Positions 32,041 to 42,475 are shown, counted from the stretch's first letter. The stretch: DNA of 64,000 bases from Actinomycetes bacterium (GCA_023264975.1 JAHFUS010000003.1:26921-90920), one strand, 5' to 3'. Program-made: numbers and translations. The notes: generated from the letters alone by a model not told the origin.

Positions 32041-34722
32041 TCAGCCGTCTGCCGGCCCGGCGGTCGGCTCCTGGCCGTAGAACAGGCGCTCCACCACGCG
32101 GCGCGCCCGGCGGGTGACCCGGCGGTACTCCTCCCGCAGCGCGGCCGCAGTGGTGGCGCGACTGCGGGCGAGCCTGGCCAGCTGGTCGGCCTGGGCTGGG
32201 AGAGCGTCGCCCGGTGCGCCCTTGACCAGGAACCACCGGTTGCGGACCTGCTCGCAGAACCGGTACGCCTCACCGAGCACGGCAGCGTCGCCCGGTGCGA
32301 GGGCGCCTGCGGTGGTGAGGCGGCGGAGCGCCTCCATGGTTCCGGGCGCCGGCACGCCCGCCTGGAGCTGGAGGAGCTGGGCCGTCCACTCGACGTCCGA
32401 CAGGGACCCACGCCCGAGCTTGAGATGGAACTGCGGGTCGCCGCCGGCCGGTATGCGCTCGCGTTCGATGCGGGCCTTCATACGGCGGACCTCGCGGACC
32501 TGGTCGTCGGTGACGGGCGTTCCCCAGAGCACCTCGTCGACCAGCTCCATGAAGCGGGCCCCGACGGCCGGGTCGCCCGCCACCACCCGTGCCCGCAGCA
32601 GCGACTGTCGTTCCCACGTCTGGGCCCACCGCCGGTGGTAGGTGTGGTATCCCTCGATGCTTCGGGCCAGCGGGCCGTCGCGTCCTTCGGGGCGCAGCCC
32701 GGCATCGACGGCGTAGATGCGTTCGGCCGGCGTGGCGCCATTGACGAAGCGGAGCAGCTCGCCCGCCGATTTCTCGGCCGCGGCGAAGTGTTCTGCGGTG
32801 GAGCCGTCGTAGACGAGCAGCACGTCGAGGTCGCTGCCGTAGGACAGCTCGGCCCCGCCGAAGCGGCCCATGGCCACGACCGCCATCGGCACCCCCGGCT
32901 CCACTGTCTCGAGGGCTGACTCGAGCACGGCCTCGGCCAGCGCGGTGAGGCTCCACGATGTCTCCTCGAGGCCGGCCAGGTCCAGCACGTCGCGTGACGC
33001 GATGCGGGTGAACTCAGCCCGCCGCAACCGGTGCAGGCCGCTGCGCCGCGCGGCCGTGTCGCCCCGCCATGCGAGCGACGAGCGAGCCCGCTCGCAAAGC
33101 TCGGCGCGGTCCAGCGCGGCCATGGCCCGATCGTTGCCGAGGGAGGGGATGAGCTCGGGGTGGTGCTCGAAGCCGGCCCGCAGCAGGGGACTGGTGCCGA
33201 GCAGAAGGCAGAGACGGCGGGCCGCCTCAGGTGACTCCCGGAAGGCAGCCACCAGTTGCGACGTTCGGTGCGGACCGGTGGCGAGGGCCCGCAGCCCCAG
33301 CATTCCGAGGTCGGGGTCGGGCGACTCCGACAGCCAGCCCAGCAGCAGGGCCAGCATCTGCTGCATGAGCCGGGACGAGCGGGTGATGCCGCGGGTGAGC
33401 TCGGCGAACGCCTGGCGGGTGCGCTCGGCGTCGGTGAAGCCGAAGGCGGCCAGCCTGGCCTCCACCGCCTCGGCCGGCATCGGCGACACGCCGGTGAACG
33501 CCTCGAGCAGGGGCCGGAAGAAGAGGCGTTCGTGGATCGACCGCACCGTCGCCTGATGGCGGCGCAGGTCGGCGTCGAAGCGGGCGACCGCGGTCTGGCC
33601 GGCGTCGTCGCGATGACCGAGCACCCGGGCCACCTGTGCCCGGGCGCCGGCGCCGGCGGGCACGGCGTGTACCTGCTGGCCCTCCACCAGTTGGAGTCGG
33701 TGCTCCAGCGTGCGCAAGAAGCGGTAGGCATCGGAGAGTGCGGCGGCGTCGTCGGGGTCGACGTAATCGGCGTCGGCCAGCTCCCGCAGGGCGGTCAGCG
33801 TGGTGGGGGACCGCAGGCCGGGGTCGTTGCGCCCGTGCACGAGCTGGAGCAGCTGGACGGCGAACTCGATGTCGCGGATGCCGCCCCGCCCCCGTTTGAC
33901 CTCCCGTTCGGAGAGCCCCCGTCTGGCCAGCAGCCCCTCGGCCCGCGCCTTCATGGCCCGCACCTCGTAGAGCTCGTCGGCGCCGAACGGCCGTCGCCAC
34001 ACCCGCTCGGACGCGGCGGCGGAGAACCGGGCGCCGAGCGCAGGGTCACCCGCCACCGGTCGGGCCTTCAGCATGGCCTGGAACTCCCAGGTGGAGGCCC
34101 ACCGGTCCCAGTACGCCTCGTACGACGCCAGGCTGCGTACGAGTGGCCCGTTGCGTCCCTCGGGGCGCAGGTCGGCGTCGACCCGGAAACAGGTGCGGGC
34201 CGCGTCCATGACGTGGCGGGCGTCGCCCTCGCCCACGAACAGAACGTCGATGTCGCTGGCGTAGTTGAGCTCCTGCCCGCCGAGCTTGCCCATGCCGACC
34301 ACGGCCAGGCCCGACCCGTCGTCTCCGCCGAGGCGACAGGCGGCGGCCAGGACGGCGTCGGCCAGCCGGGACAGGTTGGCCCCGACCGCTTCGAGGACGT
34401 CGAGGCCGGTGAGGTCGCGCCCGGCGATGCGCAGCAGCTCCCGCTGCTTCTCGGCTGCCAGCTCCTCGACCGCCGCCCCCGGCACGGGCACCGGCCGGTC
34501 GAGGTCCTCCAGCACCGAGAGCGCGCCGGTGTCGGTGGTCAGCAGGCGGGCCAGGAACCGGCTGGCGCCGGTGACGGCGACCATCGTGTGCAGGAGGTCG
34601 GCGTCGTGCTCGAGCCGGTCGCGCAGCCCGGGGTGGATGCCGGCCACGGCGTCGAGGGCGATGGCGACAGCGACGGGCGCGGCCGACCGCTCGACGGCCC
34701 GGTCCACCGCGCTGTCGGCCAC
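32041..34722 (-). CDS. glnE: Bifunctional glutamine-synthetase adenylyltransferase / adenylyl-removing enzyme
   Basis: Two nucleotidyltransferase modules are present (GKLGGQELNYASDIDVLFV and GRFGGAELSYGSDLDVLLV) with GlnE-specific linkers. The start is set at in-frame GTG 34722 and is approximate. It cannot extend past the divergent nadE at 34777. Confidence 0.85.
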   Translation of the reverse strand: MADSAVDRAVERSAAPVAVAIALDAVAGIHPGLRDRLEHDADLLHTMVAVTGASRFLARLLTTDTGALSVLEDLDRPVPVPGAAVEELAAEKQRELLRIAGRDLTGLDVLEAVGANLSRLADAVLAAACRLGGDDGSGLAVVGMGKLGGQELNYASDIDVLFVGEGDARHVMDAARTCFRVDADLRPEGRNGPLVRSLASYEAYWDRWASTWEFQAMLKARPVAGDPALGARFSAAASERVWRRPFGADELYEVRAMKARAEGLLARRGLSEREVKRGRGGIRDIEFAVQLLQLVHGRNDPGLRSPTTLTALRELADADYVDPDDAAALSDAYRFLRTLEHRLQLVEGQQVHAVPAGAGARAQVARVLGHRDDAGQTAVARFDADLRRHQATVRSIHERLFFRPLLEAFTGVSPMPAEAVEARLAAFGFTDAERTRQAFAELTRGITRSSRLMQQMLALLLGWLSESPDPDLGMLGLRALATGPHRTSQLVAAFRESPEAARRLCLLLGTSPLLRAGFEHHPELIPSLGNDRAMAALDRAELCERARSSLAWRGDTAARRSGLHRLRRAEFTRIASRDVLDLAGLEETSWSLTALAEAVLESALETVEPGVPMAVVAMGRFGGAELSYGSDLDVLLVYDGSTAEHFAAAEKSAGELLRFVNGATPAERIYAVDAGLRPEGRDGPLARSIEGYHTYHRRWAQTWERQSLLRARVVAGDPAVGARFMELVDEVLWGTPVTDDQVREVRRMKARIERERIPAGGDPQFHLKLGRGSLSDVEWTAQLLQLQAGVPAPGTMEALRRLTTAGALAPGDAAVLGEAYRFCEQVRNRWFLVKGAPGDALPAQADQLARLARSRATTAAALREEYRRVTRRARRVVERLFYGQEPTAGPADG

Positions 34723-34776
34723 GGCCGGAGTCTCGCACCGGCCGTCGCCGGGCCACTGCCGTCGTAGGCTTCGGGG

Positions 34777-36489
34777 GTGGCCCGGATCCGTATCGCGGCG
34801 TGCCAGGTGAACAGCGTGGTGGGCGACCTCGACGGCAACGTGGGACGCATCCTCGCCGCCCTCGACACGGCCGAGGCGGCCGGCGCCGACGTCGCCGTGT
34901 TTCCCGAGCTGGCCATCACCGGCTACCCGCCGGAGGACCTGCTGCTCAAGCCCGGGTTCGTGGAGGACAACCTGGAGGCGCTGCACAAGCTGGCCGCCCG
35001 CACGGGCCGCTGCGCGGCCGCCGTCGGTTTCGTCGACCGGGACCGGGACCTGTTCAACGCCGCCGCCGTGTGCGCCTTCGGCACCGTGCGGGGCGTCTAC
35101 CACAAGCGGGTCCTGCCGAACTACGCCGTGTTCGACGAGCAGCGCTACTTCAGCGCCGGCGTGGCCCCGCTCACGCTGTTCGTGATCGGCGGCGTGCCAT
35201 GCGGCGTGTCGGTGTGCGAGGACGCGTGGGCGCCGGCGGGCCCCATCGCCGAGCAGGCGGCCGGCGGGGCCGAGCTGGTGCTCAACCTCAACGCCTCGCC
35301 CTACTACCGGGGCCGGCTGGCCGAGCGGGAGCGCATGCTGGCCACCCGCGCTGCGGACGCCTCGTGCGCCATCGTCTACGTCAACCAGGTGGGCGGCCAG
35401 GACGAGCTGGTCTTCGACGGGGCGTCGATGGTGCTCGACGCCGACGGCCGCGTCGTCGGGTCGGCCCCGCAGTTCGTGGAGGACGTGCTGGTGGTCGACC
35501 TCGACGTCCACCCCGTGTTCCGTAAGCGCCTGGTCGACCCGCGCGGCCGGGCCAGCGCACCCGCCCTGACCATGCACGTGGTGACCGACCGGCCTGCGCC
35601 AACCGACGCCCGGTGGCCCGCCCGCATCACGGCGGCCGTCGATCCGGTCGACGAGGTCCACGGCGCCCTTGTCCTCGGGACCCGTGACTACGTCACCAAG
35701 AACGGGTTCACCGACGTGGTGATCGGGCTGTCCGGAGGCATCGACTCGTCGCTGACCGCCGCGGTGGCGGTCGACGCCCTGGGCGCCGCCCATGTTCACG
35801 GCGTCGCCATGCCCTCACGCTTCTCCAGCGGCGGGTCCGAGGCGGACGCCGCCCGCCTGGCCGATGCCCTCGGCATCGACCTGCGGGTCATCCCCATCGA
35901 GGCCGCCCACGCCGCCCTGCTGGAGATGCTTGCGCCGGCCTTCGCCGGCCGTCCGGCCGGCATCGCCGAGGAGAACCTCCAGTCCCGCATCCGGGGCACC
36001 GTGCTGATGGGCCTGTCCAACAAGCTCGGCTGGATGGTGCTCACCACCGGCAACAAGAGCGAGATGGCGGTGGGCTACTCCACGCTGTACGGCGACACCG
36101 CCGGTGGCTTCGCCGTCATCAAGGACGTGCCCAAGACGCTCGTGTACGGGCTCAGCAGGCGGGTCAACGAGCGGGCCGGGCGAGCGGTGATCCCCGACGA
36201 CGTGCTCACCAAGCCCCCGTCGGCCGAGCTGCGGGCCGACCAGCGTGACGACGACTCGCTGCCTCCCTACGAGGTGCTCGACCCCGTCCTCGAGGCCTAC
36301 GTGGAGGGCGACCGCACCGCCGGCGAGCTGGTGGAGTCGGGTTTCGACGCAGACATCGTGCGCCAGGTGGTCCGCCTGGTCGACCTGGCCGAGTACAAGC
36401 GGCGCCAGACGCCGCCGGGGGTGCGGGTCAGCCCCAAGGCCTTCGGCAAGGACCGCCGGGTCCCCATCACCAACCGCTACCACGGATAG
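34777..36489 (+). CDS. nadE: Glutamine-dependent NAD+ synthetase
   Basis: N-terminal CN-hydrolase domain (RIAACQVN...VFPELAITGYPPEDL) and C-terminal PP-loop GLSGGIDSS. Length 570 aa. Confidence 0.9.
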   Translation: MARIRIAACQVNSVVGDLDGNVGRILAALDTAEAAGADVAVFPELAITGYPPEDLLLKPGFVEDNLEALHKLAARTGRCAAAVGFVDRDRDLFNAAAVCAFGTVRGVYHKRVLPNYAVFDEQRYFSAGVAPLTLFVIGGVPCGVSVCEDAWAPAGPIAEQAAGGAELVLNLNASPYYRGRLAERERMLATRAADASCAIVYVNQVGGQDELVFDGASMVLDADGRVVGSAPQFVEDVLVVDLDVHPVFRKRLVDPRGRASAPALTMHVVTDRPAPTDARWPARITAAVDPVDEVHGALVLGTRDYVTKNGFTDVVIGLSGGIDSSLTAAVAVDALGAAHVHGVAMPSRFSSGGSEADAARLADALGIDLRVIPIEAAHAALLEMLAPAFAGRPAGIAEENLQSRIRGTVLMGLSNKLGWMVLTTGNKSEMAVGYSTLYGDTAGGFAVIKDVPKTLVYGLSRRVNERAGRAVIPDDVLTKPPSAELRADQRDDDSLPPYEVLDPVLEAYVEGDRTAGELVESGFDADIVRQVVRLVDLAEYKRRQTPPGVRVSPKAFGKDRRVPITNRYHG

Positions 36490-36702
36490 GAACGGAAGAT
36501 GGTCGAAAGACCTTTGTAGGGGAGGGGATGGCGGCCCTGCGTCGAACCTCCTTGCGGGGGAACTAGGTCGGGGAAGGCCCTTGACTCCGCCGGTATGGTG
36601 AGAAGAGAGACGTCTTACACCCAGTCCCTCCTGGGGACGATGCTTCGCCTCCGGCGGAAGAGGAGGCTTTGGTGACTGCAGGGCGACGAAGGGTTTGGGA
36701 CC

Positions 36703-37641
36703 GTGGCTAAGGAACGAGTAGAGCGGGACGAGGAGGACCTCGTCCGCCTGTACCTCACGGACATCGGGCAGTACCCGTTGCTCACCAAGGACGACGAGGT
36801 CCGCCTGGCCCAGGCCATCGAGGCCGGCAACGAGGCGCGGGTCGAGCTGGAGCGCACGGGCAAGGGCCTCGCCGCCGCCCGCCGCCGGGAACTGCGCCGC
36901 CACCTCAAGGGCGGCGATGACGCCCAGCGCACCTTCGTGCAGTCGAACCTGCGCCTGGTCGTCTCGATCGCGAAGAAGTACCAGGCGTCGGGCCTGCCCC
37001 TCCTGGACCTGATCCAGGAAGGGAACCTGGGCCTCATGCACGCCGTCGAGAAGTTCGACTGGCGCAAGGGGTTCAAGTTCTCCACCTACGCCACCTGGTG
37101 GATCCGCCAGGCCATCACCCGCGGCATCGCCAACACGGGCCGCACCATCCGCCTGCCCGTCCACGCCGGCGACACCCTGGCCCGCCTCCAGAAGGCTCGT
37201 GCCCGCCTGGAGCTGAAGCTGGGCCGCCCGGCCACCCTGTCCGAACTGTCGGCCGAGGTCGAGATGCCCGAGGACAAGGTCACCGAGGCCCTGCGCTTCG
37301 CGGCCGAGCCGCTCTCGCTCTCCGAGCCCCTCCGCGAGGACGGCGACGCCGAGCTGGGCGATGTGGTCGAGGACCGCTCGGCCGAGTCCCCCTTCGAGGT
37401 GGCCGCCACCTCCCTGTTGCCGGACGAAATCTCCCGTCTCCTCGGCCCCCTCGACGAGCGCGAACGCGAGATCCTGCGCCTGCGCTTCGGCCTCGACCGC
37501 GGCGAGCCCCGCACCCTCGAAGAGGTCGGCGAGCACTTCAACCTGACGAGGGAGCGCATCCGCCAGATCGAGGCCAGGGCCATGTCCAAGCTCCGCCACC
37601 CCAGTTCCGACACAGGAGCCAGAGACCTCCTGACGGTGTAG
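36703..37641 (+). CDS. RNA polymerase sigma-70 family factor, group-2 (principal-like, no region 1.1)
   Basis: Region 2 is DLIQEGNLGLMHAVEKFDWRKGFKFSTYATWWIRQAITR. Region 3 is present, and region 4.2 is LTRERIRQIEARAMSKLR. It is preceded by a 213-nt lower-GC leader. Confidence 0.9.
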   Translation: MAKERVERDEEDLVRLYLTDIGQYPLLTKDDEVRLAQAIEAGNEARVELERTGKGLAAARRRELRRHLKGGDDAQRTFVQSNLRLVVSIAKKYQASGLPLLDLIQEGNLGLMHAVEKFDWRKGFKFSTYATWWIRQAITRGIANTGRTIRLPVHAGDTLARLQKARARLELKLGRPATLSELSAEVEMPEDKVTEALRFAAEPLSLSEPLREDGDAELGDVVEDRSAESPFEVAATSLLPDEISRLLGPLDEREREILRLRFGLDRGEPRTLEEVGEHFNLTRERIRQIEARAMSKLRHPSSDTGARDLLTV

Positions 37642-37663
37642 GGCAGCCCGAGGCAAGAGAGCA

Positions 37664-37703
37664 GGGGTGGTGGGCGCCGGCTCCGCCGGCTGCCCACCAC
37701 CCC
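37664..37703. terminator. Strong GC hairpin between the sigma-factor gene and convergent tRNA-Sec
   Basis: GGGGTGGTGGGCGCCGG-CTCCG-CCGGC(T)GCCCACCACCCC forms a 17-bp stem with one bulge and a 5-nt loop. Confidence 0.6.
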
Positions 37704-37745
37704 TCAAGCTCGCCAGAGCAACCTCCGGTTGCGACGGCGAAACTG

Positions 37746-37838
37746 CGGAGGTGGACGGGAATCGAACCCGCCGGACGGGGATCACCCGTCCCACCCGCTT
37801 TGAAGGCGGGGGAGCCCACCAGGTACCCGGACACCTCC
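37746..37838 (-). tRNA. selC: tRNA-Sec (anticodon UCA)
   Basis: Hand-folded sequence: GGAGGUGU/CC/D-arm/C/CCCGC-CUUCAAA-GCGGG/long variable arm GGACGGG-UGAUC-CCCGUCC/G/GCGGG-UUCGAUU-CCCGU/CCACCUCC/G. The anticodon is UCA in a 7-nt loop. The variable arm has a 7-bp stem. Acceptor plus T helix totals 13 bp (8/5 type with one U.C mismatch). The discriminator is G and the length is 93 nt. CCA is not encoded. Confidence 0.75.
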
Positions 37839-37895
37839 TCGCCGGCGCCCCTGGTGCCTGCGGTGCCAGCCAGAGAACCCTACTAGGGTTGGCCC

Positions 37896-37970
37896 ATGAA
37901 GAAGCTGCTCCTGCTGGTCGTCATCATCGCCCTCGGCGCCGTGGCGGCCAAGAAGCTCCGCGTCGAGTAG
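37896..37970 (+). CDS. Possible 24-aa hydrophobic peptide
   Basis: MKKLLLLVVIIALGAVAAKKLRVE is a single TM flanked by Lys residues. It is too short for the track, and there is no other support. Confidence 0.25.
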   Translation: MKKLLLLVVIIALGAVAAKKLRVE

Positions 37971-38048
37971 CTCCCAAGCTCTCGCCGCACCACAGTCCCC
38001 AGGTCCGACGCCCATCGGGTGGAGGGCCGCGCCGCTGAGGCCGGCGGG

Positions 38049-38267
38049 CTAGCGCTGGCGCTGTGACGCTTCGCGGAGCAGGCGGTCGAACTGCCGGGCC
38101 ACGAACGCCTCGGCGAACTCGGGCGTGCTGCGCCGGGCCCGTGCCGCGCCCAGGATGAGGCGGCAGGGCGACAGCAGTCGCCGCTCGGCGACGGCCGACA
38201 GGTACAGCACGGCGGCCAGCACAGCGCACGTCCCCGGCACCGCCAGCAGGAACAGGCGGCTTTGCAT
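38049..38267 (-). CDS. Small membrane protein (72 aa)
   Basis: Track ORF with high GC3. One TM (LFLLAVPGTCAVLAAVLYLSAV) is followed by a basic tail. It is divergent from the tad locus. Confidence 0.4.
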   Translation of the reverse strand: MQSRLFLLAVPGTCAVLAAVLYLSAVAERRLLSPCRLILGAARARRSTPEFAEAFVARQFDRLLREASQRQR

Positions 38268-38318
38268 GAGCCGTTCGTAGCCCGGGCCGGTTTTGGCGAA
38301 ACCTGACCCGAAGGCCTT

Positions 38319-39044
38319 GTGTCCCGGCGGCAGGCACCGTACGATCTGAAGCGACCTCTTCCCCCGGAGCCCGTTCGGCGCGCCCGGAGAAGACAGATCG
38401 TGCTTGTTGCCTGCTGGTCCGTGAAGGGGGGCAGCGGAACCACCGTGGTGGCGGCCGCCCTCGGCCTCCTCCTTGCCTCGGCCGACCCCCGCGGGTCGTG
38501 CCTCGTCGACCTCGGCGGCGACCTGCCCGCCGCCCTCGGGATCGCCGAACCTCGGGGCCCGGGGGTCGGGGAGTGGCTGGCGGCCGGCGACGACGTAGCT
38601 GCCGACGCCCTGGCCCGCCTCGAGGTCGAGGTCAGCCCCGGCCTGCGCCTGGTGGCCAGGGGCGACGGGCCGCTGCCGTCCATCGGCGGCGAGCGCCTGG
38701 CGGCAGCTCTGTCAGGCGACGGGCATGCCGTGGTCGACTGCGGCGCGCCAGGGTCGAGCGCCGGCCTGGCTGTGGCGGCCGCCGCCGGTCTGTCGCTGCT
38801 GGTGCTGCGGCCCTGCTACCTGGCGCTCCGGCGGGCGTTGGCCGTCCCGGTGCGCCCGTCGGGCGTCATCCTGGTGACGGAGCACGGGCGCTCGCTCGGC
38901 CGGCGCGACGTGGAGAGCGTGCTCGGCGTCCCGGTGCGGGCCGAGGTGGCGTGGGACGCGGCCATCGCCCGCCACGTCGACGCCGGCCTGCTGGGCGGGC
39001 ACCTTCCCCGCTCCCTGGAGCGGGCGTTGCGGCGGGCGGCGTGA
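38319..39044 (+). CDS. TadZ/CpaE-like (Ssd-like) ParA/MinD-family ATPase, first gene of the tad locus
   Basis: Deviant Walker A is SVKGGSGTT. The start is uncertain (alternative GTG at 38400). Its stop overlaps the tadA start (GTGA). Confidence 0.7.
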   Translation: MSRRQAPYDLKRPLPPEPVRRARRRQIVLVACWSVKGGSGTTVVAAALGLLLASADPRGSCLVDLGGDLPAALGIAEPRGPGVGEWLAAGDDVAADALARLEVEVSPGLRLVARGDGPLPSIGGERLAAALSGDGHAVVDCGAPGSSAGLAVAAAAGLSLLVLRPCYLALRRALAVPVRPSGVILVTEHGRSLGRRDVESVLGVPVRAEVAWDAAIARHVDAGLLGGHLPRSLERALRRAA

Positions 39045-40255
39045 ACGGTCGCTCCGCCCAGATCGGCGCCGACGTCCCCACGCTCGCCGACCGGGTTCAC
39101 GCCCGGCTCCTGGATGTCCGTCCGGGGCGCCCCCAGCCCCCGGTGAGCAGGGAGTTGGTGGCACGCCTGGCCCGCTCCGAGGCGCCGCTGGTCGACGCGG
39201 CCGGGCTGGACCGGGCGGTCACCGAGGTCCTGGCCCGTGCCACCGGCCTCGGGCTGTTGGAGCCGTTGCTGGCCGACCCGGCGGTGAGCGAGGTCATGGT
39301 GAGCGGACCCGGCCGGGTGTGGGTGGAGCGTGGCGGGGTGTTGGAGCGGGTGGCGCTCGACCTTGACGGCCCCGCCATCGAGCACCTGATCGAGAAGATC
39401 GTCGGGCCTCTCGGCCTGCGGGCCGACCGCTCGTCGCCCATGGTCGACGCCCGCCTCCCGGACGGGTCCCGGGTCAACGCGGTGGTGCCTCCGCTGGCCG
39501 TCGACGGGCCGTGCCTCACCATCCGCCGCTTCACCGCCGAGGCCGTCCCCCTTGCCGCCTTCTGCCCGCCCGGCGTGGCCGCGCTGCTGGCGTGGGCGGT
39601 GCGCGCCCGCATGAACGTGCTGATCTCGGGCGCCACGTCGTCGGGGAAGACCACCCTGCTCAACGCCCTGGCGGCCGAGATCCCCGCGGGGGAGCGGGTC
39701 GTGACGGTGGAGGACGCCGCCGAGCTGCGCCTGCCCCAGCCCCACGTGGTTCGGCTGGAAGCCCGGCCGGCCAACGCCGACGGGGCGGGCGAGGTGCGGG
39801 TGCGTGACCTCGTCCGCAATGCCCTGCGCATGCGCCCCGACCGCATCGTGGTGGGCGAGGTCCGTGACGAGGCGGCCCTCGACATGCTGCAGGCGATGAA
39901 CACGGGCCACGAGGGCTCGCTGTCGACCTGCCACGCCAACGGCCCGGCCGACGCCCTACGGCGCCTGGAGACCATGGTGCTCCTGGGCGACGTGGGCCTC
40001 CCGCTCGACGCCGTCCGTGACCAGATCGCGTCCTCGCTCGACCTGGTGGTGCAGATTGCCCGGCGGCCCGCCGGGGGGCGGCGCATCGTCGACATCGCCG
40101 AGGTTGCCGTCGACGACGCCTCCCGGGTCGTGCGGCTGGCCGACGAGCACGGTCTCCACCGCCTCCCCGACCGCCCCGCCCGGGCACCCGAGGCGCCGGC
40201 GCCGGACCCGAGCTGGCTCCAGCACGCGCCGCCCGGGGCTGGTGGTCGCCTGTGA
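39041..40255 (+). CDS. tadA: Tad/Flp pilus secretion ATPase (CpaF/TadA, VirB11 superfamily)
   Basis: Walker [10 protein letters not shown], Asp box VTVEDAAEL, Walker [12 protein letters not shown], His box [14 protein letters not shown]. Confidence 0.9.
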   Translation: MNGRSAQIGADVPTLADRVHARLLDVRPGRPQPPVSRELVARLARSEAPLVDAAGLDRAVTEVLARATGLGLLEPLLADPAVSEVMVSGPGRVWVERGGVLERVALDLDGPAIEHLIEKIVGPLGLRADRSSPMVDARLPDGSRVNAVVPPLAVDGPCLTIRRFTAEAVPLAAFCPPGVAALLAWAVRARMNVLISGATSSGKTTLLNALAAEIPAGERVVTVEDAAELRLPQPHVVRLEARPANADGAGEVRVRDLVRNALRMRPDRIVVGEVRDEAALDMLQAMNTGHEGSLSTCHANGPADALRRLETMVLLGDVGLPLDAVRDQIASSLDLVVQIARRPAGGRRIVDIAEVAVDDASRVVRLADEHGLHRLPDRPARAPEAPAPDPSWLQHAPPGAGGRL

Positions 40256-41262
40256 TGCCCGTCGAGTTGTCGCCGGGAGTCTCGGCGCACGACGTCGTGT
40301 CGCCGGCCGTCGTGGTGGCCGCCGTCGTGGTGCCCGCCGTCGTGGCTGCTCTCCTGGTCGTGGTGGGTGCCGGTGCGCTGCGGGCCGGCGTCGTCGGGTG
40401 GCAGGCGCGCCGCGCCGCGGCCCGGGCCCGTTCTGCCGGCGTCCCGGCATTCTGGTCGGCTGACCGCTGCGAAGTTCGACACGTTTCGCCGACCAGGACG
40501 GCCTTGGCGCGTCTGTTGGTGGCTCCGGCGTGGGTCGGCCCCCGGCTGGCGGACACCGGTCTGGTCCTCGACCCGGCCACGGCCTGGGCGGTGTGGGTGC
40601 TCGGGGCGGTCGCCGTGATCGCCTGGGCGGCGACAGCGGCCGGCTTCGGGGCCGGCGTTTTGGCGGCCGGCGTGATGGTGGGGAGCCCGTGCCTGCAGTG
40701 GCGGCTCCTCCGTCACCGGGGTGAGGCGGCCCTCGAGGCGGGCCTGCCCGCTGCCGTGGAGGCGGTGGCGGCCGGGCTGCGCTCGGGCGCGTCCTTGCGC
40801 CAGGCGGTCGGTGAGGCGGCGGCCGCCACCCCCGGCGCCCTCGGCGCCGACCTGGCTGCCGTGGCGCAGGCGACCGAGCGCGGGTCGGGCATCGTCGCCG
40901 CCCTCGAAGCGTGGGCGGTCCGGCGCCCGCTGCCCGGGGTGCGGCTGATCGTGGCCGCGCTGTGCCTGTCGGCCGAGACGGGCGGAGCCGCTGCCCAGGC
41001 CGTCGACGCGGTGGCGGCCACGCTCCGTCAACGCCTGGCCGCGCAGGGCGAGGCGCGGGCGTTGGCCACCCAGGCCCGGACGTCGGCCGCCGTCATGGCC
41101 GCTGCACCCGTGGTGTTCTGCGCCCTGTCGGCGGCGCTCGACCCCCGGTCGTCGGCGTTCCTGCTGCGTACCCCGCTCGGCCTGGCTCTCCTCGCCGCCG
41201 GTCTCGGCCTCGACGCGGCCGGCGCCGTCTGGATGGCCCGCCTGACGAGGGTGGCGACGTGA
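40252..41262 (+). CDS. tadB: Type II secretion F-domain membrane protein (TadB-like)
   Basis: Position after tadA with an overlapping start. Contains the T2SF-type loop ([22 protein letters not shown]...) flanked by TM helices. Confidence 0.75.
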   Translation: MMPVELSPGVSAHDVVSPAVVVAAVVVPAVVAALLVVVGAGALRAGVVGWQARRAAARARSAGVPAFWSADRCEVRHVSPTRTALARLLVAPAWVGPRLADTGLVLDPATAWAVWVLGAVAVIAWAATAAGFGAGVLAAGVMVGSPCLQWRLLRHRGEAALEAGLPAAVEAVAAGLRSGASLRQAVGEAAAATPGALGADLAAVAQATERGSGIVAALEAWAVRRPLPGVRLIVAALCLSAETGGAAAQAVDAVAATLRQRLAAQGEARALATQARTSAAVMAAAPVVFCALSAALDPRSSAFLLRTPLGLALLAAGLGLDAAGAVWMARLTRVAT

Positions 41263-41326
41263 CCGGCCCGGGAGGACGGTCCAGACGCAATGCACGGGTG
41301 CGGCATCTCGAAGCGAGGGTGCACCA

Positions 41327-42211
41327 GTGATGACCGCGATGGTGGCTGGGGCGGCATGGGCAGTGCTGGTCCTGCTGGCCGCGCACCGGCACCGGCCGCC
41401 CCCGGCACGCGCCCTCGCTCTGATCGGGCGCGCCGCGGCGCCCCGGCCGGTGGGCGCCGTGCGCGCGGACCCGCTCGCCGTCCTCGGCGTCGTCGTCCTC
41501 CGCTGCCTGCCTCCGGGCGCCCGGGCGAGGGCGGATCGCCTGACGCCCCTTGCGCATGCGCCCGCCCCGGCCGGCGCCCTCCCAACTGCATCCGACGACA
41601 GCCGACCGGGGCCGTACCGGGGCACCGCGGCCAGGGCGGTGGGCGCCCTCAGCATCGCCGCCGTCGTGGCGTTGGTGGTGGCGCCACCCGTGGCGCCCCT
41701 CGTCGTGGTGGCGGGGGTGGTGGTGCCCCGGAGCCGGGCGCGCGCGGCGCAGCGGCGGCGCCTGCGCCGGCTCGAGGCGGCCCTGCCGGACACCGTCGAC
41801 CTCCTCGTGCTCGCGGTCGGTGCCGGGTGCAACGTCCCGCTGGCCCTGGCCGCCGCCGGGCGGCGGGGGACCGGCGAGCTTGCGGCCGAACTGAAGCGGG
41901 TGTCGGCCGACGTCGGGCGGGGCCGGCGGCTGGCCGACGCCCTGGACGACCTGCCCGCCCGTGCCGGCGAGCCCACCCGGGCGCTGGCCGGAGTCCTCGC
42001 CGGGTGCGAGCGCTACGGCACGCCCGTGCTCCCGGCCCTCAACCGCCTGGCCGACGAGGTCCGCCTCCAACGCCAGCGCCGGGCCGAGGCGGCCGCCCGC
42101 CGTGTGCCCGTCACGCTCCTCTTCCCCCTGGTCCTGTGCATCCTCCCCGCTTTCGCGCTGCTCACCGTGGCGCCTCTCGTCGCCGGCGCCCTCCGGGAGC
42201 TGCGCCTCTAG
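41327..42211 (+). CDS. tadC: Type II secretion F-domain membrane protein (TadC-like)
   Basis: [22 protein letters not shown]...RLADAL... followed by C-terminal TM helices. Position after tadB. Confidence 0.75.
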   Translation: MMTAMVAGAAWAVLVLLAAHRHRPPPARALALIGRAAAPRPVGAVRADPLAVLGVVVLRCLPPGARARADRLTPLAHAPAPAGALPTASDDSRPGPYRGTAARAVGALSIAAVVALVVAPPVAPLVVVAGVVVPRSRARAAQRRRLRRLEAALPDTVDLLVLAVGAGCNVPLALAAAGRRGTGELAAELKRVSADVGRGRRLADALDDLPARAGEPTRALAGVLAGCERYGTPVLPALNRLADEVRLQRQRRAEAAARRVPVTLLFPLVLCILPAFALLTVAPLVAGALRELRL

Positions 42212-42241
42212 AAGTTGTCGTCCCGACCCAGGGAGAACCGA

Positions 42242-42475
42242 ATGCTCGCCATCTACGTCTTCGTCCAGTCATCCCTCGCAGTCCTGCCGTCGCCGCTGGC
42301 GGCCCTCACCCGGCGCCGCCACGACGAGCGGGGCCAGGCCTCCGCCGAGTACGCCCTCGTGCTCCTCGGCGCCGCCGCCGTCGCCCTGCTCGTCACCGGC
42401 TGGGCCGCCCGCACCAACCGGGTGGGCCGCCTCCTCGACGCCGTCATGGATCAGCTCCTCGACCGGGTCGAGTGA
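42242..42475 (+). CDS. flp: Flp-family type IVb prepilin (actinobacterial DUF4244-type)
   Basis: ATG at 42242 is preceded by GGGAG. The Flp processing motif G-x4-EY (ERG/QASAEYALVLLGAAAVALLV) is followed by a hydrophobic helix. Length 77 aa. Confidence 0.7.
   Translation: MLAIYVFVQSSLAVLPSPLAALTRRRHDERGQASAEYALVLLGAAAVALLVTGWAARTNRVGRLLDAVMDQLLDRVE

Noticed and set aside
36489-36702. The lower-GC 213-nt leader before the sigma-factor gene, examined for a riboswitch or promoter (TTGACT at about 36583).
   Set aside because: I could not identify a matching -10 element or any conserved riboswitch core by eye. It may simply be a long regulated 5' UTR.
39097-41976. A 959-aa minus-strand ORF across tadA-tadC. 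Similar Arg/Pro-rich ORFs run antisense to glnE, topA, hppA and modABC.
   Set aside because: Their low-complexity Arg/Pro/Ala/Gly composition is antisense to genes with clear catalytic motifs. There are no plausible starts or motifs.
41290-42471. The upstream 394 codons of the 544-aa ORF that ends as the TadE-like protein.
   Set aside because: This stretch is Arg/Pro/Gly-rich and overlaps tadC and flp in other frames. The credible TadE-like sequence starts at GTG 42472.
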